A stretch of DNA of 36,177 nt from an uncultured Anaerolineales bacterium (GTDB taxonomy: Bacteria > Chloroflexota > Anaerolineae > Anaerolineales > UBA11657). The position numbers and the translations under genes are program-made. Positions 34,539 to 36,177 of this stretch are shown here, one piece after another. The stretch's first letter is position 1. Each line of letters opens with the position of its first letter. Under the pieces are notes generated by a model that saw nothing but the letters and a program-made list of their open reading frames with translations, had not been told where the DNA came from and did not search any database. The stretch spans positions 1 through 36,177 of the forward strand of contig CAWWAV010000001.1 in assembly GCA_963934935.1 (NCBI GenBank), read 5' to 3'.

Positions 34539-36177
34539 TTAGGGATATAGACACCTGATTGGTGGGTCAATTGTGCAATTGTAGTAGGGCAACTGCACTT
34601 TTAATAAAATAAAGGTGCTTACAAGAAATAAGATTAGCACCAATGCAGCTATGCTGATTTTATGTAATCTGCTAGGTAACAATTGCATCCATCCTATCGT
34701 GAAAAGAATGCATATGGGCAGCATTGCAGGTAAGCCATAGCGGGTTCCAGAAAAAATTAGCATTATTGGTCTGTGCGGATATATATCTGTTCTTAGTAGT
34801 ACCATTATCAATATAAGCATTGTGCTAGCTGTTAGGAGACCTATTAAATTTAGCTTTATTCTGCTTGATTCCGATCCTGCTATTTGGGCTAGCTTAGCAC
34901 GCCATATTTCTTTAGATAATCCAGTTGCGGCTACCAGGGTAATCAGGAGTAAGGGGTATAGCTGCCAGCGACTTAGTCCGGGTTGTGTACCTCCGAAACC
35001 GGACCAGTACATTGCGAACAACCATCCAGGCAAATCGCGCAACCATGCCGAATGTGTCCGTTCCCAAGAATAAAATGACCACAATGCTCTATTAGGTGAA
35101 AAGCCAAATATATGTTTCCAACCTATCCTTGGCCAAACAGCTTCAATAGAACTATTATTAATCATGTTGGTGAAACTTCCATAATTGCCCCAATTAGTAT
35201 ATGAAGATGTTTCGGATGAGAATCCTGGAGGCATATCTTCTGGATATTGACCTTTTGCGAGAACTAAGCCATCGTAGAGAACAGTTGTGGCATTCTCAGC
35301 TGCAGGTAGTAATATTGCAAGGTAAGTGGCTTCTTCAGGAACTTCTGTAACAATAGATCGAAACTGCCATACTCCATTTCCAATAGTACTTGCTGTATAT
35401 CCACCGTTACTTGTGGCAAAGTTTGGGAATCCAATTTCTCCGCCGATTGGGAGTTTCACCCATCCACCAACAGTTATTGTTTGTCCTCGTAATTCGATCA
35501 CATGTTCTTCTGTTAGATGTTGAACAATGCCATGAGGATTCTGGGTTATATCAACTAGAAGTGCATTTTTTCCTACTTGACCACCATTCCATTCAACAGC
35601 AGCAGGCACGAATTGCACCGGTTCATCTTTCGTTGCAGGCTCATTCTTGAACCAGTAAGCAGGTATATCGAAACTGACTGGTAATAGTAAAGCAACAAAT
35701 GTGACTGAACTAAAAGCAGTTAAAATCAGAGTCCACTTACGTGGCTTAGTAGGCAAATTTGCCCATAGCCATAGTGCAGTTATGGGTATACCTATATAGG
35801 CAGTTGATTTGGTCAAAAAGCATATTGACAATGATGCTAGGATTCTAAAAACAGATCCAAACTTTATATTATTCATACTAAACCCTGATAAAGTCCAGAA
35901 CAGAAGGCTAATTGCAAACGTGGCGCCTGCATCTGTATTAAGCCCGGAAGTTATGTCTCCTTGTTGGTGATTAAGGGCCATAATACTTGCTGCACCGATG
36001 TGTATTAAGTGGTTTTTCGGAAATAGGTTTCGTGCAGTGCTATAGGTCAAGGTAGTCGCTATAAGACCTAATATAAGAGTTGCTAATCTACCAAGATTAA
36101 TGGTGGTTCGATCTGAAAGATTGTTGAATATTGCCATAGGCAATCCAGCCCAAATGTAATATCCTGAATTGGTAAGT
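34539..36177 (-). CDS. GT-C (PMT_2/ArnT-like) membrane glycosyltransferase candidate with an internal beta-sandwich/CBM-like insert; 5' end outside the window
   Basis: The reading frame stays open from the TTG at 36143 to the window edge. Multiple TM segments flank a roughly 200-aa soluble insert (ELRGQTITVGGWVK...VWQFRSIVTEVPEEATYLAILL...VLYDGLVLAKG). Confidence 0.6.
   Translation of the reverse strand, partial: LTNSGYYIWAGLPMAIFNNLSDRTTINLGRLATLILGLIATTLTYSTARNLFPKNHLIHIGAASIMALNHQQGDITSGLNTDAGATFAISLLFWTLSGFSMNNIKFGSVFRILASLSICFLTKSTAYIGIPITALWLWANLPTKPRKWTLILTAFSSVTFVALLLPVSFDIPAYWFKNEPATKDEPVQFVPAAVEWNGGQVGKNALLVDITQNPHGIVQHLTEEHVIELRGQTITVGGWVKLPIGGEIGFPNFATSNGGYTASTIGNGVWQFRSIVTEVPEEATYLAILLPAAENATTVLYDGLVLAKGQYPEDMPPGFSSETSSYTNWGNYGSFTNMINNSSIEAVWPRIGWKHIFGFSPNRALWSFYSWERTHSAWLRDLPGWLFAMYWSGFGGTQPGLSRWQLYPLLLITLVAATGLSKEIWRAKLAQIAGSESSRIKLNLIGLLTASTMLILIMVLLRTDIYPHRPIMLIFSGTRYGLPAMLPICILFTIGWMQLLPSRLHKISIAALVLILFLVSTFILLKVQLPYYNCTIDPPIRCLYP

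Noticed and set aside
1-36177. Search for CRISPR arrays, defence systems, toxin-antitoxin pairs, IS elements, integrons, group II introns and prophage genes
   Set aside because: By eye I saw no spaced repeat arrays, transposase, integrase or recombinase motifs, reverse transcriptase, or typical defence domains (nuclease/ATPase pairs, TIR, SIR2, Cas). UvrD/PcrA and RarA are in housekeeping contexts.

Overview
This is a 36.2-kb chromosomal window dominated by housekeeping genes, with about 35 protein genes and one tRNA, mostly on the + strand. I found no transposase, integrase, CRISPR array, prophage or recognisable defence gene. The gene content (MSMEG_4193/DUF3090/SCO1664 trio, promoters abutting start codons, GT-C envelope enzymes) suggests a Chloroflexota- or Actinomycetota-like organism, but that is inference only.

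Gene order:
- uppS-cdsA, glpX, rho, a LysM/M23 peptidase, a GT2 polyprenyl-phosphate sugar synthase-like gene, and rarA.
- A conserved uncharacterised trio (histidine-phosphatase-fold protein, DUF3090, PI3/4-kinase-like SCO1664 family), then a HAD hydrolase and a metallophosphoesterase.
- A complete his operon, hisG-D-C-B-H-A-F-I-[membrane gene]-E-[HAD-like gene], preceded by a putative His-codon leader peptide and an intrinsic terminator.
- A convergent UPF0316 gene, an anchored clan-A glycoside-hydrolase-like protein, pcrA/uvrD, galE and an MFS transporter.
- On the minus strand: M19 dipeptidase, a small membrane protein, tRNA-Lys(UUU), and a PfkB kinase fused to a Qng1/DUF2419-like domain.
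- An envelope glycosylation cluster: two large GT-C-like membrane proteins, GT4 and an AsnB-type amidotransferase.

Most worth a second look:
1. The PfkB::queuosine-salvage-like fusion with an extra Cys4 cluster.
2. The two non-canonical genes translationally coupled inside the his operon. One is a YczE-like membrane protein splitting hisI from hisE. The other is a large-cap HAD-like protein that could be the missing histidinol-phosphate phosphatase.
3. The apparent his leader-peptide attenuator.
4. The uncharacterised phosphatase/DUF3090/kinase-like trio.
5. A perfect 24-bp tandem duplication upstream of glpX whose core motif recurs upstream of pcrA.

All family assignments come from motif recognition by eye. 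No database search was run.
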